Made by a program: the position numbers and the translations under genes | Notes under the pieces: generated by a model | The model's database searches: none | What the model was told of the DNA's origin: nothing | Seen by the model: the letters and a program-made list of their open reading frames with translations, nothing else | Origin: the human T2T-CHM13v2.0 reference genome, Homo sapiens | Assembly (NCBI RefSeq): GCF_009914755.1 | Contig: NC_060931.1 | Length of the DNA: 64,000 nucleotides | Strand: one strand, 5' to 3' | In this document: positions 11,356 to 25,697 of the stretch, in pieces | Layout: each line of letters opens with the position of its first letter | Numbering within the stretch: the first letter of the stretch is position 1

Positions 11356-13109
11356 GTATTCTCCTCTCCTGGACTGAGTGTGGCCACTCTCCATCTCAGT
11401 CCCTGGAAGTTGTCCAGAGTTCCCTGAGAATCCCTGCTCTGGGGCAGAATCACCAAGGCTCATCCTCACCAGCTCCCCACAGGCTCCAGCAGGGCTTTCC
11501 TGCCAGGTGTAGGGCACAGGAATGGCTCTGTCTGTCTCTCAGGTAGAGGGAGGCCAAACAGTGATGTTTGTATAAGAGGGACTGGGTTTCTGTGTCTCCA
11601 TTAAAGTATTTGACAATATTTTCTTTGTTTTTTTTTTTTTTTTGGTTTATTTTTCCATCTCGCCAATGAGGAGAGCAATCCCTTGGTAGTTATATTGTTT
11701 TTGGCACTTGGGAAGGTTTTTGTGGTTAAGTCACATTAAGAAATTGTGCCTTTTTTTCCTGTTCAGCTGTAACCCAAGGCAGTGAAAGAAACAGCAATAA
11801 TTTTGAAAGCAGTTACTTGTGTATCTTATGATAAAGGTGTTAAGTTTCATTGCCCACATCTAACTTTCAGTCTAGTGGAAATGAAAAGGCACAGTTAGGG
11901 GGCATGTGAGCATGCCATGAGAGAGGTCAATGCCAATTGAGAAGTCTGTGCCAATCCCCAGTACTGTGGGATTGAAGGGGAGGGAGAGATGACCTCTCCT
12001 TCAGACCATGGTCAACAAGGAAGGAGAGGGAGTTCATCCATGGGAACCTGAAAAGCAGCAAATCCCAGGGGCATCTAACTTCAGGTGCAGGAGCAAATCC
12101 TTGGAGAGGAAAATGGTCCAGTTCAGCTGTCACGGGAGACAGGAGAAAGCAAAGTCATCTAATCCACAGTCCCCTGGCTGATTTGCTTCCTTATGATACT
12201 ATTTTGCATCAGCGTGTCCTCATCTCCCGCTGCTCCTCTGCCTCTTCCAGTGTCATCTCTTCCCTGTTTGCTGCTCAGATCAGTGGATGTGCATTGTACA
12301 AGGTGATCATTTCCTATAGCAGTCCCTTTGCTACTCTTAGTTATATCCATCCTTATTTTCTGCATTAGGTACTGCTCCCTCCACCATTGCTTATTGTCTT
12401 GTAACAGGTCTCGTTTTATATATTTCAATTTTACTTTTTATTAATAGACATTTGACTTCATCTTTTGCTGATCTATACTTTTGGGGTAACATTGTCATTT
12501 TTGGAGGATGTTTTTGTTTATCTTTAGTGATTCAGATTAAATAATCTCTTTATACTTCAACGTCTGTGTCTTCTTACTATTTAAAACCAAATATTATTTC
12601 CTTTCATTCCTCTCATTCTGTTCCTCTTTCTTTAGATGGTAGTTTTAAGGGAGAAAAAGTTTGGCTATAACTGAAGCTATGTGATAAGAGTTATTCAGAA
12701 TGAGGGTGGGATATCAAGATTGGTAACTCAAAGCAATAATTAGGGTTAGAACTAATGTAGGACTTAGGGTTTAGGGAAGCTGCTCATAAAACCTGCGGGA
12801 TGGCACCTCTGGAATATTCTGGCAGCTCACTCTGCAGACACTTCCCAGCATTCCTTGGGCCATTACAGAATTAAACAATGATGAAGCTTCACTTATTGGC
12901 CACAAGATGGCAGTGTGGTCCACTGCGATGTAAAGGGCTCTGGGCAGTCTGGGGGAGCAGCCTAGGAGGGAAAAGGTTAAGAAAAATTAGGGTTTGTATT
13001 CAATATTATGCAGATGTTGCAGGAGTTTTCAGTTATTGCTAGGCTACCTACAGCTATGCAAGAGGCAGGAAGTCCCTCTAATCTTTAATCAGATCTACAG
13101 TTGAAGAAT

Positions 13110-13900
13110 TTTGGCCAGGCAGCCTTGGTGTCGGGGCATGTGCAGACAGAGGAGCAACTGCCTCAGAGGAAAAGGGAAAAGTGAGAGGCAGGCTGTGCCC
13201 TGAGCCCAGTGGGTCTCTGCTGCACCTCATCTTCCCTGCAGGTCTGGCCAGGCAACAGCTTTAACCTGCTTGAGTGATCTGGGATTCTCCAAGTTCATAA
13301 GTCTTACTGATAACATCAACTTGGCTGAGGTTCCATTGGAAATCAAGCACATGTTCTCTGGAGGACAAAAAGTATTGACAAAAATTTCTGAAACACCTCA
13401 GTAAACAAACTATTGAAGGAAAATATTAGTAGATGCACCAAACTGTGCCGTTAGAGATGAAGATAATAGACTAGTAGAATTTTATAAAGGAGACTATAAA
13501 TAAGTCTCTACTAAGTATTTGTGGGCATCAAGCAGTGTCTGAGTCCTCTCAGGGTAGATTAAGGAAGGAATTCAGCTATTATCATGACTTTGGCTTGGAT
13601 GAAAATCCATGAAGTCCTCAATTGATTTTCTTGTAAAATATTACAGAATAATATTGAGCAAACATTTTATTTTTCTCCAGCCTGTATCCCTCTTTAGCAC
13701 TAACAGGTAAAGCAGACACCTAGAGGCACGGTTTCTTTAGTTGGGATCCATTAACTGTAGGACTGGGAGGTCCATAGCTGGGCTTCACAGGGAGTTCAAA
13801 CCCCACGTGCAGGGAACTCCGTGTGTCTGTGCTGTGCCCAACTCCCGTCTGTGAGGCTGAAAAGGGGGAGTGCCGGGTCTCCCAGTACCCCACTCACAAA
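13110..13900 (+). pseudogene. Possible orphan TRBV promoter module plus 3' V remnant (paralog at ~33740-34520)
   Basis: GAGGAGCAACTGCCTCAGAGGAAAA matches the TRBV13/TRBV5 upstream region; GATAACATCA is decamer-like; GCAGGGAACTCCGTGTGTCTGTGCTGTGCC resembles [10 protein letters not shown]. Confidence 0.4.
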
Positions 13901-14339
13901 GTGGGGAGCAGGCTGCTTGCTGGGCAAAAAAATCAATTCAAAAATTGGCCAATCTGTTCAAAGCCAAAATGAAAGGAAAGTCTGAATTGTGAGACTGATG
14001 AATACCCAATTTCCCAAGTTATGAAATTTGTAGCAGCTCATGGTTCTCAGAATGATTTCAATAGCATATGAAGATATTGTAAAAAGCTTTTGTTTGTCTA
14101 CAGCTTTCCTTGATTTTGATCCTAGTTGTTTTTTGGCCCACTCATCAGTTGAGCTTATTTTGATGCCAAATTTCAATGTTGCCACTTCAGTCACCAAGCA
14201 CTTCTCACATTCTCCATAACTTACACAGATATGTGTGTTCCTGTCTTTTCTTATTTTTGTGTGATTCATTTTTAAATTGGGCTGTGCAGAATACAAGCAT
14301 ACATTTGTAAGTGAATCCCATATTTTATGATTTAGCTGT

Positions 14340-15205
<866 letters not shown>

Positions 15206-15206
15206 T

Positions 15207-15960
15207 GTGTGCTATGCTTGCGTGTCCTCACAAAAGCTCATGTTGAAATTTGTCATTGTAATGGTATTGGGAGGTGGGACAGCTATGACTAGGTCATGAG
15301 GGATCTGCCCTCAGAAAGAGATCAATGCCGTTATTGTGGGAGTGAATTAGTTGTCTTGGGAATGGTCTTCTGATAAAAAGTATAAATTCAGCCACTTTCT
15401 CTGTCTTGGGTGCTTGCTTCCCCTTCCTTCTGCCTTGGATAACAGCAGGAGGCCCTCAGCCGCTATGGCCCATTGATCTTGGACTTCCCAGTCTCCAGAT
15501 CTATAAGCCAAATAAATGCCTTGTCTTTATAAATTACCCAGTCTGTGGTATTTCTCTATAGCAGTAGGAAATAAATGGAAAGAAAACATGGTGCTGAGAG
15601 TGACGCTGTTGCTGTAACAAGTACCTGAAAATGTAGAAACAGCTTTAGTTAATGGGAAATGGCTAATGGATAGAGGTTGGAAGAATTCAGAGAAGCAGAC
15701 TAGCAAAAGCCTAGATTGCTGAAAACAGAGCATTAAGGGCATTTCTGGTGAAAGCTCAGGGGGAAATGAGGAACAAGGTATCAGAAATTGAAGTAAATGC
15801 CATCCTTCTCATAAGTAGCAAAAACCTTGGCAACATTGTGTCCTGTTCTAGGACTTTATGGAATATAAAATTATGAGCCATTAGCTAGGATATCTGCTGA
15901 AAGAAATATCTAAGCTGCAAAGCATTCAGGCCACTGTGTGACTACTTTTAGGCACCAGGC
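15207..15960 (+). mobile_element. MaLR LTR (MST-like) plus internal fragment
   Basis: TGCTATG...CTCATGTTGAAATT...TTATAAATTACCCAGTCTGTGGTATTTC..TATAGCA, followed by MST-int-like sequence. Confidence 0.75.
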
Positions 15961-16720
15961 AATTTAACCCAGCAAGAAGGCAGCCAAGGGAATAGATTTT
16001 GCAAACCAGCACAGATGGTGACACTACCTCCCTCTGCTGTCCTGTCTCCCATAAGCCAAACTCACTCTGAAGTTAGAGAAAAGAGGAGACAGTTAACATG
16101 ATACACTGGAGTCAGCCTGTGAAGGCAGGGTGGATCTGGAGGGATTAACATAAACTTTCCAGAGCACTACATATAGGATGGCCTTGAGGGTGTTGAGTCC
16201 AAAGCTGGCTAGGTCTGTGGTGTGAGCTGATAAGGCCCTAGATTTATTTCTGGGGAATCTGCACTCTTAATAATTTACAGACAACACAGGTCTGCTTTGG
16301 ATCTGATCAGATGGACTAAATCTTGGGGCCTCTGTACCGCTGGCCACTCAGGAAATGGGTTGGGAATGTTGCCTGGGACAGGAAAATATAGTAAGAAACC
16401 TTGGTGTGAATCTAGCTTCAGAAAGATGATGTGAGGAGAGCAAGGAAGAGCTGGAAACTGATGGTTTAATCACAGGCTCCTCACCATCTGCTGATAGGCA
16501 GGTGTGCGAGCTCCAGCATGGAGCACCGCAGCACTAGGTCAGAGGAGGGTGATAGGGTGATGGGGCAGCCTGTGAGCTGGGGCAGTTAGGCAGAGGAGCA
16601 ACTGTATCACCACAGAAGCTTCTGCCTTCACCCATCCCTCCAGCTCGGCAGGACAGGTAGAGAGTCCAGTGTCCGTGGAGCACTAGACCTAAGGAAGGCT
16701 GCATAGGGAAGACACAAGAC

Positions 16721-16730
16721 AGTGACATCA
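16721..16730 (+). promoter_or_regulatory. TRBV promoter decamer (TRBV5-7)
   Basis: AGTGACATCA about 110 bp upstream of the ATG. Confidence 0.85.
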
Positions 16731-16836
16731 CAGCATACCCCTCCCATCAGGAAAATCAAGGCCCAGAACTCACTCAGCTCTTTCCCAGGAGGACCAAGCC
16801 CTGAATCAGGTGCAGTGCTGCCTGCCCCACTGTGCC

Positions 16837-17303
16837 ATGGGCCCCGGGCTCCTCTGCTGGGTGCTGCTTTGTCCCCTAGGAGAAGGTGAGTCCCGGGCAC
16901 AGGACAGCTGCTCCATTCTCAGCTTTCCCACCCCTGTGTCCTCCACTTTACCTTGGGGAGGACCTCCAGGCTGTCTCCAGTGCTCATTATACATCTGCTT
17001 TTCCCACAGGCCCAGTGGACGCTGGAGTCACCCAAAGTCCCACACACCTGATCAAAACGAGAGGACAGCACGTGACTCTGAGATGCTCTCCTATCTCTGG
17101 GCACACCAGTGTGTCCTCGTACCAACAGGCCCTGGGTCAGGGGCCCCAGTTTATCTTTCAGTATTATGAGAAAGAAGAGAGAGGAAGAGGAAACTTCCCT
17201 GATCAATTCTCAGGTCACCAGTTCCCTAACTATAGCTCTGAGCTGAATGTGAACGCCTTGTTGCTAGGGGACTCGGCCCTCTATCTCTGTGCCAGCAGCT
17301 TGG
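16837..17303 (+). CDS. TRBV5-7: TCR beta V gene segment, ORF class (conserved Trp to Ser); leader 16837-16885, intron 16886-17009, V exon 17010-17303
   Basis: [42 protein letters not shown]...YLCASSL; TCG at 17117-17119 replaces the invariant TGG; frame open; RSS present. Confidence 0.93.
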
Positions 17304-17342
17304 CACAGCCCAGCAGAGTCACTGACATTCTGTATATAAACT
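17304..17342 (+). other. 23-RSS of TRBV5-7
   Basis: CACAGCC + 23 nt + ATATAAACT. Confidence 0.93.
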
Positions 17343-18560
17343 TCCGCCTTAGCTTTGACTTGAGAACTGCAGGCCCCACCCAGGTTTCACTCCTTCAAGG
17401 GAAGCTTTTAGTTGTTTGGAAGGCATGTCTTGTGTCCTACTGAGGGCAGACCTTTCCCAACCAATAGAGCCCAGGTTTCCTGTGCCCTGAGTGTGCCTGC
17501 TTCTGTGCTGCAACTTCTTGTAGTTTGTCACTTCCTGGATAACTTCAGTAGAAGAGTGACTGTTGAGCCCCAGATACGTGCTAGATTCTTCGTATTTGTT
17601 ACATAGCTTAAGGGCTTTCCACACTCTTGCACATCAAACATTTCTATTCTTCCTTTATAGATAGAAGGCTCAGGGACATTGAGTCATTTTCCCCAGTGTC
17701 TCTTGGCTTGTAAGGATCAGAAGTAGGAAACAAACTAGTCCATCCATTTTCCACCTACCCCCCTGCTCCATCATCACCTTCTGCATCCTGGTCAGTAAGT
17801 CAGAGCCCTCGCACTGCCCTCTAGTGACCAGCAGGGCTGCAGTAGACGCTCAGATGCCTTCAGGGGTCATTACTATGGCCTCTTCATTAGCAACTTTGAG
17901 GAATGTTAAATTTAACACTTTTTAAAAATCATTTATATGCATTCCCTTTGTCTTTCCCCAGTCTGCAGCTTATGTTTTCACTTTTATGGTGTTTTTTTGA
18001 TGCACAAGAGTTTAATTTAATGCAACAAAAACTAAAATCAATTTTGTTTGTGTGTAGACAAAAACCGCTTTCTTATATAAATGTCTAAGCGTAGTTTTAT
18101 CAATTTATTCTAGTAAAATTTAAGCTTGGATTTTCACCACTAAGAATAAATGTACCTGAAGTATATCTTATGTAAGAAATAAGATAGAGACCTAGGAATG
18201 GGAGGGAAGGACATATGTTCAGTGAAGAAGTAATAGCCTGTCAAAGAGAGCCCTAAAGTAGACCCCCAGAGCTGATGGTGGAGAGGTAAGTGGAGGGCAA
18301 ATGATCATGAACCTTGTCCGTTTGTTACCTTGTAGAAGAAAGGCAGCCAGGAGTGGAGACCACATGGGTGAAGGTTTATGACTTGACTGTAGGTTGAAGG
18401 TGGCAGCAGGTAGAGGGAGGACTAGCAGGCAGAGGGCAGAGTCACTGGCTGGCAGGGGCAGTGGCATCATCAGTTGACTCTACTGACATCCAGGAATTAT
18501 GTTCCCAATGCGCAAGTTGAAAAACTCCCCACAATTTGCCTATTATTCCTTGACCCTGCC

Positions 18561-19016
18561 ATGACCACCAGACTCCTCAATGGTTTGGCCGTCTGCCCCC
18601 TGAGGGCAGGTGAGTCCCCTAAAGCCTTTTCCTTGGCTCACCACATCCCAGCCTAAGCCTTTACCTCAAGTCTACATTATTGGGGTCCCTCTTTGGGCAC
18701 TCAACTTCCTTCTATCATAGACTTCACAGAAGCTGGGACAACCAGATCCCAAGATACCAGAGAACAAAGGCAGGACGTGAAGTGACATGGAGATGCCTGA
18801 GACTGCCATCCATGACTACATGTGTAGGTGTTAATAGGAGCCAAGGCTGGTGCACAGCTGATCCGTCCCAGCACACACTATAGAGAAATCCCTGAGGGTC
18901 TGTGACTTTTTCTCAAAGCCAAATATGTGGCCTTGGTGTCAGACAGCCTCTCCCAGACCTCTGTGCCCTCTTGCACCAGCTTTCACCCCACAGCCACCTT
19001 CCTCTGCACACAAAGC
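18561..19016 (+). pseudogene. TRBV relic (TRBV8-like) with intact leader and splice sites, frameshifted V exon and 12-spacer RSS-like end; copy 1
   Basis: CCTGCC-ATG, 49-nt leader, GTGAGT donor, acceptor at 18720. V remnants read EAG..QIPRY..GREVTWRC and ..QTSVP. Ends in CACAGCC-12nt-ACACAAAGC. Confidence 0.85.
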
Positions 19017-19948
19017 TCAGTGGTAGATATAGTTGGCATTGTCTTCATGAGATTTTGATCCAGGCAGTGGAAGACATTGTCCCATAGGAGTTTCCCCAAC
19101 ACTGCCCAGGCTGGGACTCTCAGATTTCTGAGCAGCCCTGTGCAAGGGAAACTCTGCCCTGTGCTGAGCTTCTCTCCCAGGGCAGTCTCAGCTGGACAAG
19201 GGAATGCACATCACGGTGATGTGAGCAGATGCAGCCTCTCTTCCAGGCTCCTCCTCCAGCTCTGGCCTCAGAAGTCCTCTTCCTCAGTTGCTCTCAGAAA
19301 GGAAAGTTGATTTCAAAATTGTATATTTGCAGACAGCACTGACAACACAGGTCTATGTTCTTTTCCCTGTCAGCCTTCACAACTCTATCTTCCCCACACC
19401 ATGCTCATGTCAGTCCTCAGCCTCCTCCAAGTGATGTCTGCTCCTAGCTATCCTCTCATCACTCTGCACCCTCACCTCCATGTCAACCACAGACGCCTGA
19501 GTTCAGGCCATTCCTCATGCATCATGCTCCTCCCACCAAAGGCCTTTGCACTCCACACTGTATTCTCTGTATCAACACGAGTCTCTTCTTTTTGTTCTTT
19601 CTCCAAATCTCAGTTTAACTACCACCATCTCTAGGGAGACACTCCTTCAACAGTTTTCCTAGGCTGCACCTCCCTATTGTAAATGCTCACAGCTTATAAT
19701 ATGCATTAATATTCATAGTTTTAGCACCATAGTCATTTCCCTGACTTTGTGTGGCTATTTCACACTTCTCTTGCATTCTAGACTGTAAAATGCATCATTG
19801 TAGAAATTGTGGATGTTTTGTTCCCCATTTTATTGTCAGTACCAACAGCGGTTCCAGGTGCCAGTGACCAGTCTTGAAAGAATAAAGAAGAGATATTGAA
19901 AGGCCCTCTGAGTTCCCACAGACTATTCCAGAAGTCTGGATGCATTAA

Positions 19949-20190
19949 ATGGGAACCTCTATCCCTTCATCTCCTAGGATTAAATGAGTCCTGGAAACAG
20001 ATGAGAAATCCCTGTCATGCATGAGTAACTGGATCCCAAGCCTTTCTGCACGACTGAACTTCCTCACTGCCCATCGCCCTCCTGGCTTGTCTCCTCCTTC
20101 AATCTCCTTCCCTCACAGGTGTCCTGGATTTGGGAGTCTCACAGACACAGGGCACCTAATCACTCTGAGAGAGTGATCAGAAACATAATG
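19949..20190 (+). pseudogene. TRBV relic: leader, intron and 5' V-exon fragment (paralogs at 1-130 and 40090-40330)
   Basis: ATGGGAACC start; mutated donor ATGAGTCCTGGAAACAGATGAGAAATCCCTGT resembles the TRBV13 intron start; acceptor TTCCCTCACAG, then GATTTGGGAGTCTCACAGAC..GCACCTAATCAC (cf. DSGVTQTP.HLIT). Confidence 0.6.
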
Positions 20191-23100
20191 TCAAACACTG
20201 GCATTAAAAGGTGATGGAGAAGAAAACAAATGCCTTCCCCATTCTCTTAGGCAAAGTTTTCCCAAGGCACAAATATCTTTTTGGGTGGCTTTGAGGCCAT
20301 GGTGCCTGACACACTGAGCTATATTATGGGTGTTCATTTCCATGAATTGGTGGGCAATGCCAGAGACACAGACCTCATGGTCACCAGCTTCCTCCAGCCC
20401 ACACCTGATTTTGGTGCAGGGCGCTGAACAGAGACCTTTGCTTGTTACCCTCCTTTGCCAGTTAGGAAAGGCTGATTGTGAGGCAGAGGCTCCATTTACA
20501 GAGCAGGGCTATGTGTTAGTCCCTGAAGAATTGTGAGAGCCATTCTGGGTGGAAATAATCAAATATATAATCACCAAGGATGGCCCACGGATAGACAGAA
20601 GCCCCAATTTTGCCAGAATGATTTGCATCTATGCTTTAAAGACAAATGCAGTTTTATCTCCTTAGGCAATAAAGACCAAAAATAGACTAGCTATTTTAAA
20701 TAATTGAACCTTAAACAGACCAAAGTCAGAACATCTTCCCTAGGGACAGCATTTTCTTCCACCCACTCACTAAAGCTGTATTTGAGAAAGCTGTGTGCTG
20801 TTGATAAACACTGCAATATCGTTACAATCGACATCATAATAATACTGCTACTTGGATCAGAAACAAAGAGCATTTCTAAAGCTTGAACAATGTATAACTG
20901 GAAACGAGCTCTCACTGAGTTTGGAAATGCAGGCACTAGAGGGTGCTCATTTCTCTTCCTTTTCCAATCAGGGGGCTATTCAAAGGCTGTTCTAGAACAA
21001 GGGGTGAGATCCTCCACTTCCCCGTGGTGATCAGGCTTTCAGAGGTAGAAGCCTTATTAGTTCATAATCAGCCGAACTGACCTCACCATCAAATGTATCG
21101 ACCTGGATGCTCACCCTCCTCAGCAGTCAGAGACTGTGTTCACCAGGAGCTTGTGCGCTTTTACGGAGCACATTTTATCCTCGGTTTATTCGGAAACATG
21201 GGCCTTTATAGGGGGTTCCATAAACAGAAGCTTTCTATATTTTGTCCATTTAGACACTACAAAGTCTGACACCAGATGAGAGGTGTTGCTTAAAGCTTGT
21301 ATGTGGTGAAGATTTTTTAACAAATAATATATAAAGAAAATGTCAATAATGCTCTCAAATCCAATCCCAACTTCCATCGGTAACCAATACTAAAGCTCTG
21401 GTGTGCTTTGCACCTCTCTTTTCTGTGTTCATGCACACCTTTCTACCCAAGTACATCTACAGAAAATGGGTTCACCTGTACACTTTACCGGCCACATGCA
21501 TACTCTTTTCTGTTAATATACCCTGGTCTTTATTGTTCCAGATTGATCGATACACATCTAACTTGCTCTATTTGCTGCTTCATATTGCATAATGAGGGTA
21601 GACAGGTACATTCGTGCTGTCATCTGATTCCCAAATTCTGCCAGATCTTTTCTAAAGTGACTGAGTGGTCTATTTATGCTTCCAAGTTCTCCTCACCCCA
21701 GCACCCAGTTGATGATTCCAGCTTTTCCATCACTCATGGTCCTAGCAGGTCTGAGAGCTCTATCAGTTCTCCTGCATGAGGAGGCAGGGAAGGATAAAAG
21801 GACAGACCTTTATCAAACCTACCAGAAACTACACAGTATCTCAGTTCATCCTCATAAAGCATTAAGGGGAATGTTTGTCTTGTTTTATAGATGAGTCTAG
21901 ATGAGGTTAGAGTCTAGGAAAGTTAATGAATGGCCTTGCCCATGGTCTCAGAGCTAATAAATGTTGGAGGCAGATGAAGGACAGTTTTCTTGCTTCTGTG
22001 TGGAGTTGATAGAGGGGTCACTGGATTTTGAGGGAGGTGAAGTCCAGAACCATCTGGGGTTGTCTTCAGATCAGATGCCAGGGTGCAGGAGAGTCTGTGT
22101 ACCCTACAGCACTGTAGGTACAAGCATCATGGTGTTGGCAGTGGGGAGGTACAGGGGGTAAGTGTTTAGAGGCCTGGAACCAGAAGATCTGAGCTTTGAG
22201 AAAATAATCCCCATCACAAGATGTAGCAGAGATACTGATGTGGATACACTAGGCCAGGGAGCTCTGTGAGGAGCTGTTGTTAAAATGAGGGAGGGAGGAG
22301 AACCAACTAATTGGTCACTTCCTATATGTGAAATGTAGAGGAAAACAATATTAACTAGAATCCTATCTCATTTTAGTCAGTTCTCCTTTGTAAGTAGTTG
22401 GAAGGTGGGATAATTTATTTTCAAGGTTAAGTAAGCATCTATACATCTCCTTTACCTTGTGAAGTCTGGTGGCGAAGCGAAAAATGGTACAGCCAATGGA
22501 GTCACAGTTTAATAAATAACTCAGAGTTCAAAGGGAGACTCTTATGGGCCAGAAATTGGTAAATGTTCCTGCATTCTAAAATTAGGAGGATCTTATTTTC
22601 TTTGAATCGGCAGAGAAGGAAGCACAGGCAATGGGGAGGGACAGTTGGGAACACGGCAGAGTGGCCACAGGATGTCGAAGACAAAGGACATGTAATATCA
22701 AATTCTAAGCTGTGAAGCTGTGATGCAACCCTCCACCTTCTCCTAATGGATTTTTTAGGTCTCAGCACAGATGCCCACCTGAGGGAGTAATTTCTTTGGA
22801 AATAAAGGACAAATAGCTCGGTTAATAACAAGTCCACCTTACAAAGCACACCTGGAAATGGAAACAAGATTATTCCTAAGGCCTTTTCTACTCTAAGAGT
22901 CTCTAACTTGGTGGCAAGGTGAGAGGTGAGGATGGGGGTGTTTTGATCCACACGTGATGAGTACCATGAAGCTCTACCATGAAGCATATAGTGTTGAGTG
23001 TGAATCAGAGCCCTAAGAATAACTCCCTTTACGTTGTTGTGCCCTCTGCCATCCCAAACCCACCCCACCCATAATTAAGCAGCCACGAAAATGAGGGGAG

Positions 23101-24144
23101 CCAGAAGGAATCAAACCCTGCTGCTTGGTTCAGTAGACAGAAGGACCTGGAGGAAGGGTGTTGGCTGGGTCTAGGAGAAGATGATGAGCTCAGAAAATAG
23201 ACAAGGAGAAACCCCAGGGGAAAACTTGTGAAACCCCGGAGGAATCACAAGATATGTTATTTGAGCTCCTTTTAAATTTTATTTAATACTAAATTAATGG
23301 CAGGAATCCTGCACAAAGGGATATTCCCTATGAAACATGACATCTCAGATAAAAACAGAGCATTCTTCCTTACCCTAAAGTCTGCCCTCTCTCCCCAAGT
23401 CCCTCATGCATCAGGTCACCTTTGTGCCCATAAGTCATGGGCAGCGCTGTGTGGTCAACATCATCCACACCTAGAGGACAGTCAGCAAAGTGAGGTGGTT
23501 CTGCCTGCTGTGGTCTCACCCCAGGCATGGAAAGCAAGAGCCCTGGGAGCAGCGGAAGGTACACAGCTGGGTTTCTCAGGAGTCTCATCTGTCAGTGAAT
23601 TGACAAGAAACAGAGCAAAACGACTCCTCCAATGTTGATGAGCCTGCCCCTGGGATTTGGAAACTTGATAACAGAGAAAACCAATATAGACAAAGGATTT
23701 TAAACAGGATTATGGTCAATTAAGCAAATTAGAAAAGGATACTTGAAGGAGTATTTGGGACACAGAAGTCAAAAACACTAGGAAGACATGAGGTGTGTCC
23801 CTAAGACTCTAGACTACAGCACTGTGTAGATAACTAACACTTAACTATTAATTATATCATTGAAGAAATAAAATTTACATTGAATTACAAACTGTTTCCA
23901 AAAGGTCATGAAAATCTTGTAGACTTGTTTCAAATCACACAAATGTGTTCTTCTCATTCTCAGCTCTTCACTGGTGCATTTATTTTGGATTTGATCATCT
24001 GGGGAAGAGGTGTGGCCTCTCCTGAAAGGAGGGCTCTGGGCCCAGGCAGGGAGACTGAGGTCTCAGAATGACTCCCTTGAGAGTCCTGTTCCCCTTTCAT
24101 CAATGCACAGACCCAGAAGACCCCTACGTCCTGCAGCCCCTGCC

Positions 24145-24577
24145 ATGAGCATCGGGCTCCTGTGCTGTGTGGCCTTTTCTCTCCTGTGGGCAGGTGGGTC
24201 CTGGGCAGAGCCCCTTGCGTGGATGTCAAGGCCCATCCCCTTTCCACTGGGGCTGCAGCATCAGCTTTGTTCTTCTCTGCAGGTCCAGTGAATGCTGGTG
24301 TCACTCAGACCCCAAAATTCCACATCCTGAAGACAGGACAGAGCATGACACTGCAGTGTGCCCAGGATATGAACCATGGATACTTGTCCTGGTATCGACA
24401 AGACCCAGGCATGGGGCTGAGGCGCATTCATTACTCAGTTGCTGCTGGTATCACTGACAAAGGAGAAGTCCCCGATGGCTACAATGTATCCAGATCAAAC
24501 ACAGAGGATTTCCCGCTCAGGCTGGAGTCAGCTGCTCCCTCCCAGACATCTGTATACTTCTGTGCCAGCAGTTATTC
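24145..24577 (+). CDS. TRBV6-9: TCR beta V gene segment (leader 24145-24193, intron 24194-24282, V exon 24283-24577)
   Basis: Leader [16 protein letters not shown]; V exon ...[38 protein letters not shown]...VYFCASSY. Confidence 0.95.
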
Positions 24578-24616
24578 CACAGCGCTGCAAGCCTGTCTCC
24601 TCTCTGCACATAAAGG
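24578..24616 (+). other. 23-RSS of TRBV6-9
   Basis: CACAGCG + 23 nt + ACATAAAGG. Confidence 0.95.
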
Positions 24617-25377
24617 CACAGAGGCTCTGCCCTCCTCCCACCCAAGACTCAAGGATGCCCTGGGCAGAGTTCTCTGCACCAGGAACCTTGGAACCCAGAG
24701 TGGCCCCAAGTGGCCAGGACAGTATGAGTCTCACTCTATGCCAGGTGCCACTTCAGGCAGTCTCAGCCAGGCCTGGAAGTGGTCCTAGGTTCTCAGATGT
24801 CTCCTTTGTTGCTCTCTCTGGTATATCCTCCAAGCTGTCCTTTTTGTGTAGGGCCAGGGCTTCCCCAGCTCCTACTTTCCTACTCATTATCCTGAATCCA
24901 AGGTGCCCAGGATGAAACTGGATTTGTATGTCAGATTCATCTATACTCCCATCTCTCCCTGGTGACCCTGTTGCTTCCTCTCTCTATGGTTTCCCCCAGC
25001 CCCCATCCTCACGTGATCTCTCCTGTGGCCCACCTTTCCCATCTGGGTAGTCACCCTCCAAGTCCTTGCTGGGTCTCTCCTCCCCTCACCTCCCCGCCCC
25101 TTTCTACTGCAGCCATTAGGGGAGCCCCTGTTCTGTGCCTCCTTACTTCCCATCACAGAGACTTCAAAGTCCATTTCCTCTGCCCTGGGCTGGAGCCTTC
25201 CTTCCTCTAATGGCCAGCTCCTACCTGTGCTTCAGATCTCAGCATGATCCGCCCCTCCTGCGGGAAGCACACCCTCACCTCCCTGCTGAGATCAACTTTC
25301 CTCTCATAAGCTCTCACAGAATCATATGTCTGTTGGTAACCTTTAGCACAGTTGGACTTTCTCAGGTACTTATCTGA

Positions 25378-25697
<320 letters not shown>

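Noticed and set aside
11468-11510. CACAGGC downstream of the 11157 relic as a candidate RSS
   Set aside because: No nonamer at 12- or 23-nt spacing.
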